Positions 12,721-25,234 of a stretch of 64,000 bases of DNA are shown here, piece by piece (the stretch's first letter is position 1; each line of letters opens with the position of its first letter). The notes beneath the pieces were generated by a model. It had not been told where the DNA came from. It saw only the letters and a list, made by a program, of their open reading frames with translations, and ran no database searches. The position numbers and the translations under genes are program-made. Source of the DNA: Asterias rubens. Lineage: Eukaryota. The stretch spans positions 6,572,001 to 6,636,000 of the forward strand of contig NC_047067.1 of assembly GCF_902459465.1 (NCBI RefSeq), in the 5' to 3' direction.

Positions 12721-12991
12721 AGGAACACGTTGCCTTGGAACGGTCGAGTTGGTCTTTGAAAAGCGTTAGTAACCGTTTGTTATAAAATGCATATGGTTAG
12801 AAATTTGACTCCTATAAATGGCCGACCTTGTTGGTGACGAGGTAAAAGGAAAACCACGCAATTTTGAGTGATACTTGTGTGGATCATTGTATTCTACTTT
12901 TAAAATATCTTTCTAACCATATGCATTTTATAACAAACGGTTACTAACGCTTTTCAAATACCAACTCGACCGATCCAAGGCACGTGTTCCT
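12721..12991. mobile_element. Kolobok-type fold-back MITE family B (internally deleted)
   Basis: TTAA|AGGAACACG...CGTGTTCCT|TTAA with ~85-bp inverted arms; shares its right TTAA with the adjacent family A copy. Confidence 0.88.
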
Positions 12992-12995
12992 TTAA

Positions 12996-13310
12996 AGGCA
13001 CTTGACACTATTGGTAACTACTCAAAATAATTGTTAGCATAAAAACTTAGTTGGTAACGAGCAAAGGAGAGCTGTTGATAGTATAAAACATTGTGAGAAA
13101 CGGCTCCCCCTGAAGTAACATAGTTTTTGAGAAAGAGGTAACTTCGCACGCACATAACTTTTATCATGCATCTGAAAGCACACAAAATTGTGCAACAAGG
13201 GTGTTTTTTCTTTCATTATTCTCTTGCAACTTCGATGACCAATTGAGTCAAAATTTACACAGATTTTTGTTTGCATGTGTTGGGAGAATACTTGTCTTCG
13301 ACAATAACGT
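12996..13310. mobile_element. Kolobok-type MITE family A
   Basis: TTAA|AGGCACTTGACACTATTGGTAACTACTCAAAATAATT; far end truncated. TTAA target with AG/RR termini is typical of Kolobok rather than piggyBac. Confidence 0.85.
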
Positions 13311-13794
13311 TTTTTGAGAACTTTTGTTTTTTACGTTTTCAAGTAATTATGCGATAGGTGTCCCTATAACTGATGCCAGAGAACCTGTCACCAAACGAGG
13401 CGTATCTTTTAACTTTGGTCTTTAGGGGGCCTTTTGGATTTTACTCCACCCCCCAGTCGTAAACCAGTGCAACTGCAATGTCCCGATGAGCGACAACACA
13501 CAGTTCTTATGGCATTTTATGAGGTCATCAAATTTGTCAAATGGCATGTTGGACAATTTATACAAAGAGTAACTACACCGCACCGGTTGTTTTTGGTTAA
13601 GCAGCCATTAAACCACCACAAAAGTCAGAGGATAAATGTGTAATTAGTAACCACTTGTCACTGACGGTCAAATTGCTGAAACTTCAGTCTCCCGAATTCA
13701 ACATGTGGATGTAGGTAGAGAAACATTGAATATTCTTCTGTTATTTAGTGAGAGCTGGGTCACCGGTTTTGGTGAACAGGGGAACGCGATTTAA

Positions 13795-14536
13795 AGACGC
13801 TGGACACTATTGGTAATTGTCAAAGACTAGTCTTCTCACTTGCTGTATCTCAACGTATGCATAAAATAACAAACCTGTTCAAATTTGAGCTCAAATGGTC
13901 GTCGGAGTTGCTAGATAATAATGAAAGAAAAAAACACCCTTGTCAAACGAAGTTGGGTGTTTTCGGATGCTTGATTTCGAGACCTCAAATTCTAAATCTG
14001 AGGTCTCGAAATCAAATTCGTGGAAAATTACTTTTTTCTCGAAAACTACGTCATTTCAGGGGGGCCGTTTCTCACAATGTTTTAAACAATCTTTATACCT
14101 CTCCCCATTACTCGCTACCAAGTGAGGTTTAATGCTTATAATTATTTTGAGTAATTACCAATACTGACACTATGCCTATTGGTAATTACTCAAAATAACT
14201 TTTGGCATAAAAACTTACTTGGTAATGAGCATTGGAGAGCTGTTGGTAGTATAACACATTGTGACAAACGGCCCCTCTGAAGTAACATAGTTTTTGAGAA
14301 AGAGGTTATTTCTCACTCAAATAATAAAAGGCTTCAACCGAAGGCTTTTAATATGCATCTGATTATGCAAGTCCACAAAGTTTTGCAACAAGAGTGTTTT
14401 TTTCAATCACTATTCTCTTGCAACTTCGATTACCAATTGAGCCCAAATTGTCGCAGGTTTGTTATTTTATGCATACGTTGGGATACACCAAGTGAAAATA
14501 TTGGTCTTTGACAACTACCAAATGTGTCCAGTGCCT
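13795..14536. mobile_element. Inverted dimer of two family A MITEs
   Basis: Outer ends are both the TTTGACAATTACC-type end flanked by TTAA; the two GAGTAATTACC-type ends are fused and truncated at ~14165-14175. Confidence 0.8.
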
Positions 14537-14796
14537 TTAAAGCCTCCCCTACCCCAAAAAGCCTGCATTGTTTCCAGTTCTACCGAGCCTCCCCCAGGGA
14601 TTTGCTAGACCCCACCCCTTCCCTCCTACACACCCGGTTAGAATTGAGAAAGTTCACGAGGTCCTCACCATCCACGGATCTGGCTACTGGCTTGGAGTAC
14701 TTTGGCTTCGGCTTGATAACTTTTATTTTATTGAGTCCACATCCAGTGGAAAACGTACCGGTTTTACCATCATGGAGCATTCTTGTTTAGTCTTAA

Positions 14797-15175
14797 AGGC
14801 AGTGGACACTATTGGTAATTACTCAAAATAATTATTGGCACAAAACCTTTCTTGGTAGAGAGTAATGGGGAGAGGTTGATAGTATAAAACATTGTGGGAA
14901 ACGGCTCCCTCTGAAGTGACGTAGTTTTCGAGAAAGAAGTAATTAACAATGAATTTGATTCCGAGACCTCAAGTTTAGAATTTGAGGTCTCGAAATCAAC
15001 CATATAAAAGCACACAATATCGCGCGACAAGGGTGTTTGGTTACTTCATTCATATCTCGCAACTTCGACGACCATTTGAGCTCAAATTTTCACAGGTTTG
15101 TTCTTTTATGCATATGTTTAGATATACCAAGTGAGAAGACTGGTCTTTGACAATTACCAAAAGTGTCCACTGTCT
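14797..15175. mobile_element. Kolobok-type MITE family A, near full length
   Basis: TTAA|AGGCAGTGGACACTATTGGTAATT ... AATTACCAAAAGTGTCCACTGTCT|TAAA. Confidence 0.92.
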
Positions 15176-15273
15176 TAAAAGCCTTGTTTTTGTTGTTTTT
15201 GGGTTTTTTTTTCTGAAGATAACTCCTCATGGTAAATACATCGCTGTCATCTTCTTAGGGGTAATTACACTGT

Positions 15274-15408
15274 GGCCCTTTTCGAAACCACGGCTTCGGC
15301 TTTGGATTCGGCTCAGACTACCTTGGCCCCGCGGTTTTGACAATTTGCAAGTGCTTTGCGTACGCGCTCAGGACATCCAAAGCCGAAGCCGTGGTTTCGA
15401 AAAGGGCC
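15274..15408. mobile_element. MITE family C (GGCCC..GGGCC ends; superfamily unassigned)
   Basis: 27-bp TIR GGCCCTTTTCGAAACCACGGCTTCGGC. Confidence 0.85.
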
Positions 15409-15795
15409 TATTCCACTGGCCTTAGAAAGTGCTCTTTGCAATATAAAAAGAGCTGAGACCACCGTCTCGTTCTATTGAACAGGGCTCTCTCTACAACTTC
15501 AATAACGTAATGGATAGGGGCCTATTATCACAATTAGTTTTTGTTTTGTTTTAAAACCTAAAACAATCATGGGGGATATGCCTATACATTACTTGAGGCG
15601 TTGCATGATGAGAGATCAGTTTATATTTTGTTTGCGGTAACACCATGTGTGTATCTACTTGCCTGGAACTTTTTGTTTTTTAGCCAGAAAACTGTCTTTC
15701 TATTAAAAAATTCCCAAATAGACTTGGTATATCTCCCATTAACAAAAGAGTAACAGGGCTGTTTTTTCACTTGTTTAAATTGACTCTTGTGCGAT

Positions 15796-16023
15796 GGACC
15801 CAATTTCATAGAGCTGCTAAGCACAAACATTTACTAAGCATGGAGTTTCTACCTCGATAAAAACGGGATTACCAACCAAATGTCCACGTGATTTACAGGA
15901 TAAGCAAACAACAGCTGGATACCAGTAACAAGCAATATGCAACAAATGGAAATATGGTTTATCAAGGAAGAAATTTCATGCTAAGCAAATTTTTGTGCTT
16001 AGCAGCTCTATGAAATTGGGCCC
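15796..16023. mobile_element. MITE family D (Harbinger-like)
   Basis: ~32-bp TIR GGGCCCAATTTCATAGAGCTGCTAAGCACAAA; CWG-like flanks across copies. Superfamily is inferred. Confidence 0.8.
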
Positions 16024-19000
16024 TGGTGCATATCTGGCCCGGCAGTAGCTTCTTGGTGGGCAATCAGCCCCCTGCCTCCATGATTAGCCCAATACATAAA
16101 TGTCACGCAAGATCAGCACAGTGCTGAGCTAGTTTCAGATAGCACTGGGAGTTCCTAGTAGGTTATTTGAGGGGTGGGTAGGGGGAGGGATGACTTTTAT
16201 TCAGATCCCCTGATGCTGACTACAAAGGAACCCTAATCACTTCGTTTCATTCAGGTTTCCTCTTTTTGTCAGGAGGAGGTTGAGCTCTGTGTATCGCGGT
16301 CAACCCATATAAGAAGGGGGTATTGTAGTTCGGGTGGACAGTCGGGGATAAAGGTACGGGAACATAAAATGGGAACTCCTTTTTAAATGTATTGAAACCA
16401 TAAAGAAGGGGGTAATTGGCCACTCTTCATTGCTGACAATTTAACCGGACGTATTGTTCGCTATATAAGTGGCGACCGTAATGTTCAAAACCTACAGAGT
16501 GGTGGCTCACTTGGTATCACATGTGCATGTATAGCACTATAACGCATGTAGCAGCATAGAGAAGTAGCAATCACATTAAAAAAAGTGTATTGTTTGAGAA
16601 TGTCCTATTTTCGCATGGGTTTCGTGGCTACCATGTGAACTGTTTTGGATTGAGACACACGCTTGAGATGTAAGCCCTGTACTTTAGGCAACAGTTATGT
16701 AGAGGGAAAATTAGAATTCCTCCATGCAGTAAGAAACCCGTGATCGTTTTGATGATCTTTGCAATCTGTTCCGTTCAAATAAAAAGCAAAAACATCACAA
16801 AATATGCAGCCGTCACATCTCATTTTACATCACGAAGAGTTTTTTATCGGTAGAAACTTTACTTATTCTGAATAATATTATTACTAAATTTACCAAAATG
16901 TTTTGCTGTAAGGCCAAGAAAGCCCCAAACCATGATGACCTGAACACTTGTTCTGTGTGGGAGAGTCTGTCAGGGGCTGAAAATGCATGTACAAAATAAT
17001 GTGTTCTACACGTGTCCTTCTCGGTTGGCTCGACCTATCAATTCTCGAGTGTCCAAATTTTTCTCCGTAAGAATATAGAAAATCAAAATTATTCTGAAAC
17101 CATGTTTCTAAATTCCCTCTCTCAACTTGTCATACCTTTTTTGCAGTAGTAGCAGAAAATTTACGAATTGTTGACTCGTTACAAAGTTCATGCGTTTTAT
17201 ACCCAACACAGATGATTGTGTGAATAGATTTCACAAGTGTCTGTTACCTTTACGATGTTTGGTTTGATTGTGTGCCCGATGTAGTAACTACCCTCAAATC
17301 TACATGTTTTCCCTTCTTCTGTAAATGTACGCGGTGTGTGTGTCCCCTTGTATTTTCATGGTCGCGGTATGTTGACATGGAGGACAGTTTACCATGCGTT
17401 CACATTGGATTAAATTGTGTCATTCTACAGAAGAGTCACAGGACTTAAACGAAAAAGGTCCAACGGGAACACGATTTTAGACTGAGCAAGCCCAGGGTAT
17501 GAATGAAAGTATTTTAAAAAAAAAATGACCAAGTGTGCTTGTGTGACGCTAGGTGGTTCGATTCTGAATAGCTTAAGGGCGTGTCCGTTTTTTTGTTTTA
17601 CCTGTGTCGTCATTATGGCGGGAACTGTGTAATATCTACAAACATACTACCCCAACTCATGTGTTATTGTATGTAAGCAGTCTGGTTGGAACCACTCGTT
17701 TGCTGACAGCCAATCTCAAAAGATGTCCTGCAAACAATAGACGACGTGGCTAGGTTGATTTGTCGGAGGGGGGGGGGGGGCGGGGGGTCAGGACCGTGCT
17801 ATTTGGGTATACACATTTTGTCATCTTCCTTTGTTCAACCACAACAAGGAGCTCGTTTTCATCTTAGAAAGACATCCCTGAGGGCACGGTGGTGTATTAT
17901 CATTGTTTGCTTGACGGGTTCAAACAAGACACAAATATTCTCCCCCTGCAACAGTTACCGCCAAAGTGGCAAGATAAACACGCCGCGCAATTGAAAGATT
18001 AAATAGACATCTCAAAAACGTATCCTTCGCGCCCTTTTTGCTCCCACAGGGCCCAGAAACCTCATCGGAAACAGAGGCTGTTCATAGGCAATCAAGCGAA
18101 AGGAAGAGCTAACAATGCCTGTAAAAAAGAGGTCAGCGACTTCATTTCAAACTCCCCCCTCCAGGCAATACATCAATTTATAGGTCAAAAGTTTGCAAAC
18201 ATTTTTCTTCTTCATGTTTTGCTTCCTGTATAAACGAGGGATTTCTATTGTGTGTTGCAGGGCCATTTCAATGCAAATCACGCAATGATTAGCGCACAAA
18301 ATGATGTTTTAAATGGTTGACAGACTAGGTGGTCGGCCAACCAAGCCAATAGGCGATTCGGAGATGGACCTCCGGCTAGAAAGCAAAGCAGTCTTTGTAG
18401 TTCTTCCATGAGTTTTTTTTTGCTTTGTGGACATTTGACGTGCAGGTTTTTTTAGTGGTTCCACTGTGAACTGTAAACTTCTTACACTATGAGCGCAGTC
18501 TTCCTCATGTTCTTGCAATAAATCCTGCACAAATTAGTACTACACTTTGAAGAACTTCCTTCATTGTGGTTGGACACTTGGACGAATAATGTTTAAGATC
18601 GCAATTAAGCCTGTGAAGATGAGCACAGCTCATTCAGATTGAATACTAATTTGAAAATAACGTAATGATTTGTTCAAGAAGTCTCCGTAATAATTATGTT
18701 TTCACTTTCAAAATAATTAACCATTAACTTAATCGAGATATACCCGTCTGAAATTTTACCAGTAATTTGTCCATTTTTGTCGTAGTCAGGGGTGTTTCTT
18801 TTTTTAAATAGGTTACTCGACGAAAATTGTGTCAGCACGCTAGAGACTTATGATCTAACCATGGAGGAACCCACAAATAAAGGACCACGTGTGTCCTTCC
18901 TCTATGCTCTAACGTCACAGTTTTTACATTCTCTTAAATTTGTCTATCTCAGAACTAAGCATTCAGGACTTGCTGAATTGAAGTACCAGACTATATCTTT

Positions 19001-19204
19001 ACATTTTTAGTTGGCTGTTTCTGATGCCCGAATCAAGGGAAGAAAAAAAACTTAATTGCGGAAGGTTTTCTCTCTGCTTGATTAAATGGAAGGTGGCAAT
19101 TCTTTGTTATTCTCAGCTGTTGACTTCACTTTGAACAGAATAAGTAGATTTGATGCCTAAAATAAGTTTCTGTTTACTGCAGAACCAGATTGTATAAGGA
19201 CTTG

Positions 19205-19570
19205 GTGATAACTATACACCGATCTAATGAAGGGTAAACATTTGGACTAATGGTTGACGAGTTTGTCCTTCAAGAGTCGCGAATGTGATTTTACCACCGT
19301 ACTGCTGTCTGCAATTTGGCGTGTAAGCCACGAGATGTTAATAAAATAAAAAGAGGTGACATAACACGCTATCAAACATTTAAGAAGTTGTGACAATCTC
19401 ATATACTGGTGACCTGTGCTCATTAGGTGATGGCATTGCTTGAAGTTATAAGTTTACACTGATCTAATGAGGGGTGCATGAGACCTATTGGTTGACGAGT
19501 TTGTCCTTCAAGAGCTGTGCATGTGTTTCTTTACCACCACAGTACTGCCATCTTTGGTGTACAGTGACAA
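19205..19570. repeat. Two diverged direct copies of ~125 bp, period 238 bp
   Basis: GGTTGACGAGTTTGTCCTTCAAGAG identical at 19252 and 19490. Confidence 0.85.
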
Positions 19571-20184
19571 GTCCTTGGTGACACGGTTCTATTCCAGGCA
19601 GGTTGGCTTACTAAAATGACACCACCTCATGTAGCCAGTAAACAAGAATAGAGGTCTTATTGTTTTGTTCAAATGGCCCAGCTTGTATTTGGCCTAATGG
19701 AGTTAAGAGCTCATTTGTTCTATTGAGGTGATGGGAACCATGGGCCCGATTTTAAGGCCGATTTATAGTCGTCCATGCACGCTTTGCCCGTAAGTCCGTC
19801 CTTTCAGGTGTGGCTTTCCGAACTGATTAACGGATCTTTACCAACTCAACTAAAACTCTTCTTCAAGTCCTTTCTGAATGAAGATGAGCCACTGGATTGC
19901 GATTTTCCTCTTCATCTTCCAAGATCTTAAGTGCTTTACGCTCCCAGTATCTTTCTTGTCGACAAGAATACATACTTAAACCTTAAACTAAAACGGTATT
20001 TACTGAATCTTTTTGTCATACAGTAAACTTGGTGAGGGGCAGTTCAAAAGGTTTCGTTGTTCTTTTTGCCGTGACGTTTGATTGAGCTGCTTTATTTTTT
20101 TTGGCTGCCGAGGAACTCGAACATTTTACAAACTCCATCCAGCCTCAGGTTTTACAAAGCAACAAAACTTCCAGCTGATTTTGA

Positions 20185-20562
20185 AGGCACTGGACACTAT
20201 TGGTAATTACTCAAAATAATTATTAGCATAAAAACTTACTTGGTACGAGAAATGGAGAGCTGTTGATAATATAAAACATTATGAGAAATAGCTCCCTCTG
20301 TAGTAACGTAGTTTAACAAGTAATTCTCACCAAAATATTTGAATTTGATTTCGAGACCTCAGAACATGATTTCGAGGTCTCGAAATCAAACATCTGAAAG
20401 TACACAACTTGTGTAACAAGGGCGTTTTTCTTGCATCATTCTCTCACAACTTCGACAACCAATTGAGCTCAAATTTCGACAGGTTTGTTATTTTATGCAT
20501 ATGTTGAGATACACTAAGTGAGAAGACTGGTCTTTGACACGTACCAATAGGGTCCTGTGTCT
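20185..20562. mobile_element. Kolobok-type MITE family A
   Basis: Both TIRs and near-TTAA flanks visible. Confidence 0.9.
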
Positions 20563-21911
20563 TTAAACATCAGATTAATATGAAGCAGAAAAAACCATGG
20601 AGGGGTGAACCACCTCTTTGTATGTAAATTTTACGAGTACACAAAACGCTGATGGGACACACTCAGAGCACTCTTAAGTTTACCTTGGAAAGAATTTTAA
20701 TTCCTCTCGAGTGTTTCGTACATAGCCACATCGCTGGTGAAACAGCAACGTGTGGGCAAGAGGGAACTCTGTATATATAGATTTAGTATACTTCTACTTG
20801 AGAACCAGAGAGACCAACAAATGCAACATTCTTATTGTTTTCAGGAATGTCTTTTATTGGAGACATGAACTTTGACATCGAATAGTTCCACCATGCCCAC
20901 ATCAATCAGGGCTTGAGAGCGGAGATATATTACAACAACTGTTTCTGCGAAACTATATAACATCATATCAAAGCGTCTAGAAATGTGGTGGACAGGACCC
21001 GAGTTAGTTTTGCTTTCTATTGCTTAATTGTAACCTCCATGCTTGGACTGACGACAAATCGCAGTTTGTGAAATCTACCAAGAAAACGACAATATTTTAT
21101 AACCAGTTACCAATCCGCTTGGTTATGAGAATGGCATTCTATTTCCTCTCTGTAGATTGCGTATTGAAACAAATGCAGTCCGGATGTATTAATAATAGTA
21201 CTATTATATTAATCAAAATACTTACAATCATACACGGTGTAGAGTGTTCACACATGCAGATATAAATGCATCAACTACTACAGGTAGTACGACAACGAAG
21301 TCACACTTTATAAAAAAGGGATAACAAAAAAACAAATCAAATCAGGAAATACAAACAAACAGAAGATAGTAAAGCAGGGAACAACATACGAAGCAATAGT
21401 TGGATTGTCTTGGAGAAAGACACTAAAACGCTTTCACAAACTATGAAGTTCTGACAATTAATTTGTTACTTATGCTCACCAGGCGATGACATTGTTTTGC
21501 TCAAAAGTGACATAAAAAATTGATGTAATTTCCCAAAGTCTGATTTCGTGACAAACTCAATGACAAACATTCTGTTTTTTTAATTTTTTATAATATTTCG
21601 TCTAAGAGCCGCGGATTCAAACAATGTTTCAAAAACCATTGTGGGAAATCTATGTTTATTGAGAGAGAGATATTTCACGAGGAAAGTTGGAGAACATAAG
21701 ATCTTTATTCAAATATTTCAGTGTTGCAAGTAATTTGTCGTATTCTGTCACATATATTTGCTAATCTTTGTAATAGAATGCAACACTACGTAAATACAGA
21801 AGTGAGCAACAAATGGCATGAAATAAATTCTTGATGGATTCAATTGGAAGAGATTCGCCTCTAAGATAAGAATTAACAACGGCCTGGAGTTCTGTTACCT
21901 CAGACCCTTAA

Positions 21912-22422
21912 AGGCAGTGGACACTATTGGTAATTACTCAAAATAATTATTGGCATAAAACCTTACTTGGTAACGAGTAATGGGGAGAGGTCGACAGTAT
22001 AAAACATTGTGAGAAACGGCTCCCTCTGAAGTGACGTGGTTTTGGAGAAAGAAGTAATTTTCCACGAATTTGATTTCGAGGCCTCAAGTTTAGAACTTGA
22101 GGTCTCGAAATCAAAACAAACCGTTGGAAATTTGAGCTCAATCGATCATCGAAGTTGCGAGATAATAATGAAAGAAAAAAACACCCTTGTCACACGAAGT
22201 TGTGTACGTTTAGATGGTTGATTTCGAGACCTCAAGTTCTAAATCTGAGGTCTCGAAATCAAATTCGTGGTAAATTACTTCTTTTAAAAAAAAACTATGG
22301 CACTTCAGAGGGAGCCGTTTCTCACAATGTTTCATACCATCAACCTCTCCCCGTTACTCGTCACCAAGAAAGGTTTTATGCTAATAATTATTTTGAGTAT
22401 GTACCAATAGTGTCCACTGGCT
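21912..22422. mobile_element. Rearranged family A MITE with the same end at both termini
   Basis: 21912-22114 is an inverted copy of ~22213-22422; orientation switches at ~22115. Confidence 0.85.
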
Positions 22423-22644
22423 TAAAGGAAAGGAAAATACTTCGGTTTATGGATTTTATCCCAAACTTCAAGACTGCTTGGAAACATTTTCCCCGATTTG
22501 TCTGAGTTTGTCGTCACATGAGGTGAAAAACAGCGTAATGGTTACGTAATGGTAGGTTGACGTAATTAAATTAGAGATATTTAAGATTTCTAAAAGCAAT
22601 TCTGGAAGAAGATGCCAACTTTGTGGTGGATGTTGAGGTGTTGC

Positions 22645-22777
22645 AATTTCTCCTGGTAAAGGGCAGTCTATAAGAATTTTGTATACATTTCTACTGTAGC
22701 ATTTCGAGGGCCCCAAGGCAATGACCGTGGGGTATGGATGCAATCGCCTTAATTGCCTCCGTGAAGTATCAGGCCCG
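22645..22777. mobile_element. MITE family E (CAGGCCTGATACTTC TIR, hAT-like)
   Basis: GCATTTCGAGGGCCCCAAGGCAATGACC ... GAAGTATCAGGCC; TSD not resolvable. Confidence 0.65.
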
Positions 22778-23371
22778 AACACTTCTTATCCGTTTGAAAA
22801 TTGTCGCAGCTATATAAACCATGTCTTTAAAAACCCATGCTCTATGCTTTAACTCTTGATCTCTAGTCTTCGAGTCATCAAACTTTATTGAAGTTGTTTA
22901 CAACGACATCTGGGGGTATTATAGGAATGTGATTCACCGCCATGCAGAAAACACTATAAACCACTCCTGCAAAAACCAATTACCAACAAATCTTATCTTA
23001 GTGGCGCTTTTATAAAAGGTTCTGTTTCCAAAGTATGGTATCCTTGCCAACGAAACATTGTTTGAGTGTGCTCGATATTGTACGTGTGTCTACATGACTG
23101 ATATATTCGCACAATACTGCACATGACACCGCGTGGAAGTGAACATGGAAATAAGGAAATGAATGGTCGGTGTGACATGATATAATGCCCCCCACGAGAG
23201 AGTAGTTCCCGGTGAGAGAATCTGCTGTGTTTGCATTGCTCATTGGTGCCATCCCCTTCAGATGTGTTCATATGTTTTAGAATTATTTGCAGTGTGTGAC
23301 TATAGAGATGGTGCAATATCTTCTTGAACAACCGTAAGCAATAATCATTGTTAATTTCAATCACCAGTCGT

Positions 23372-23545
23372 AGATAAAGTCTGTACGCCTCTCTTAATAT
23401 TCATGCAGGACGTCATACTTCTTACACAAAACGAGGCTATAGGCGCAAGTCCGCCACCACTTGCTGCGACTATGGCCTCGTTTTGGGTTAGAATTGTGAC
23501 GTACTCATGCATAAATATTGAGAAAGACGTATTGCTCTATCTGTA
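23372..23545. repeat. ~175-bp imperfect palindrome (fold-back MITE)
   Basis: Nested arm pairs CAAAACGAGG/CCTCGTTTTG, GACGTCA/TGACGT and AATATT.ATGCA/TGCATAAATATT around a short loop near 23455. Confidence 0.75.
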
Positions 23546-24871
23546 CGGTTTCATGTTGAAATTTAACATTTGTATCAACCAAGTCTGGAGAACTATAGAA
23601 GTGTGGGCAAAATGTTGACATCGATGACGAATGATTAATGTCCTTAATTTCCTATAATACATATTCGTTGGTAGGCTTTAATGAAAGACTTGTGGAATTC
23701 CATTGAGCTGTTAAGCACACAAATTACTTTACTTCAACGAGTGTTTGCGTAGCCTGTACCGTACGGTTATTTTGCCAACTTGTCACTACCTGTGTAGTTC
23801 GCGACTGAACTGCGCTACACAGTGTCAGCATTTTGCAGTAGATGTTGTGTTTTTTGCGCGACATTCTTGCATTCCTGCGCTCGTGTTTTCACGAGTGTTT
23901 TGAAGTGCATTGGTCAAAGACATTAGTAGCAGTTTTCCCACATACATATTTTTCAATATCTTGCGATGTTGGTAAACACATTGCTACATTTAACCACATG
24001 GTGTGTCCAATGAAACGCAATGAAATGCAATTCCCATGGAGTACACAGAGCATGCAAAATGTAACGCAATCGTGCATTTGCATGTGCCTCGCTACTGTTA
24101 CAGTATGTGGATGGTTTGCAGAAGTTCCGAGTTCAATTTGAGTCAGTCACCAGACGGAACTCGTGTCCCATGGGTTCTAGGGTCAGGGTGATAAAACTCA
24201 GAGATATACGAGTTTAAAGTCACGGCATGGGGAAATCGTATAGACAAGTTCACACTAATCTGTAACGGACGATTCATGGTCAGTGTCCAGTCACAGGTCA
24301 TGTGTCTCTTTAGCTGGAGGGAATTAAGACAGGCTAAAATACCTAGAGATTTCTGTTTGCCGACAGCTAATTTGTCCCCCTCTCCTTCCCCGAATTCTGC
24401 ACTGTTTTTATTTAACGAAAAAGGTTGCTAAGCATTTCGTCTGCCATCCATAGCAGTTATTATTTGCATATGGGTTTATGTTTTTATCCCAGACATCTCA
24501 GTCTACGCGACATTAATTCTTTCTGATTATCGTCTCCTGTGAATAAAACTGCCATATTATCTGCTTCTGATTGGCCCGTCTTGATGGATAAATTCTCCCG
24601 TCAGCCACAATCTGATTGTTGACACATAAACCTAACAAACTAACAACGTCAAGGTCTTCAAATGTTGTGTTATTATTGGTGTTTACTTTTCTTGCATCTG
24701 ACTGTAGTTTGCTCTCCATCCATTTCATCTCGCCACATTTCCCTGGCGGTGATTTTTTTTAAACATTTATTGTTTTATACAAATGCTCTACAGAGGTTGT
24801 TAGAATAAAAAGACAATTACTTTTTTGCGCCATGCTAAGCTTAAAATCTCACGTATCTAAACTTCTGTTAA

Positions 24872-25234
24872 AGACACAGAACACTAGTGGCAATTATTTA
24901 AAATAATACTGTAAGCATACAAACTTAACAAGTAACGAGCAATGGAGAGCTGTTGATAGTATAAAACATTCTCAGAACTGCTCCCTTGGAAGTAACGTAG
25001 TTTTTGAGCAAGGGGTAATTTCTCACTTAAATATTTAAAGACTTCGGACCCGAAACCCCTTTTAATCATCTTAAAGCACACAAATTGTGCAACAAGGGTG
25101 TTTTTCTTTCGTTATTTTCTTGCAACCTCGATGACCAATTGAGTCCAGATTTTCACTGATTTGTTTTAATGCATGTTGGGATACACCAAGTGAGACTACT
25201 GGTCTTTGACAATTACCAAAGGTGTCCAGTGCCT
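24872..25234. mobile_element. Kolobok-type MITE family A
   Basis: TTAA-flanked, both TIRs present. Confidence 0.88.

Noticed and set aside
13857-14132. Recurring ORFs with ISRPQ.LNLRSRNQIRG or FETSNSKLEVSK peptides
   Set aside because: Translations of the family A internal palindrome, repeated wherever the MITE occurs; not a transposase.
17747-17770. Poly-G tract as a G-quadruplex element (also 28175, 34290, 34940)
   Set aside because: Simple homopolymer runs with no contextual support.
20600-20720. RTE-clade LINE RT fragment (DGT..LRALLSLPWK-like)
   Set aside because: Only ~15 residues, needing an assumed deletion; too weak without a search.
24462-24574. Octamer ATTTGCAT plus CCAAT as a histone or snRNA-type promoter
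   Set aside because: Single occurrences 100 bp apart with no downstream snRNA or histone sequence; expected by chance.
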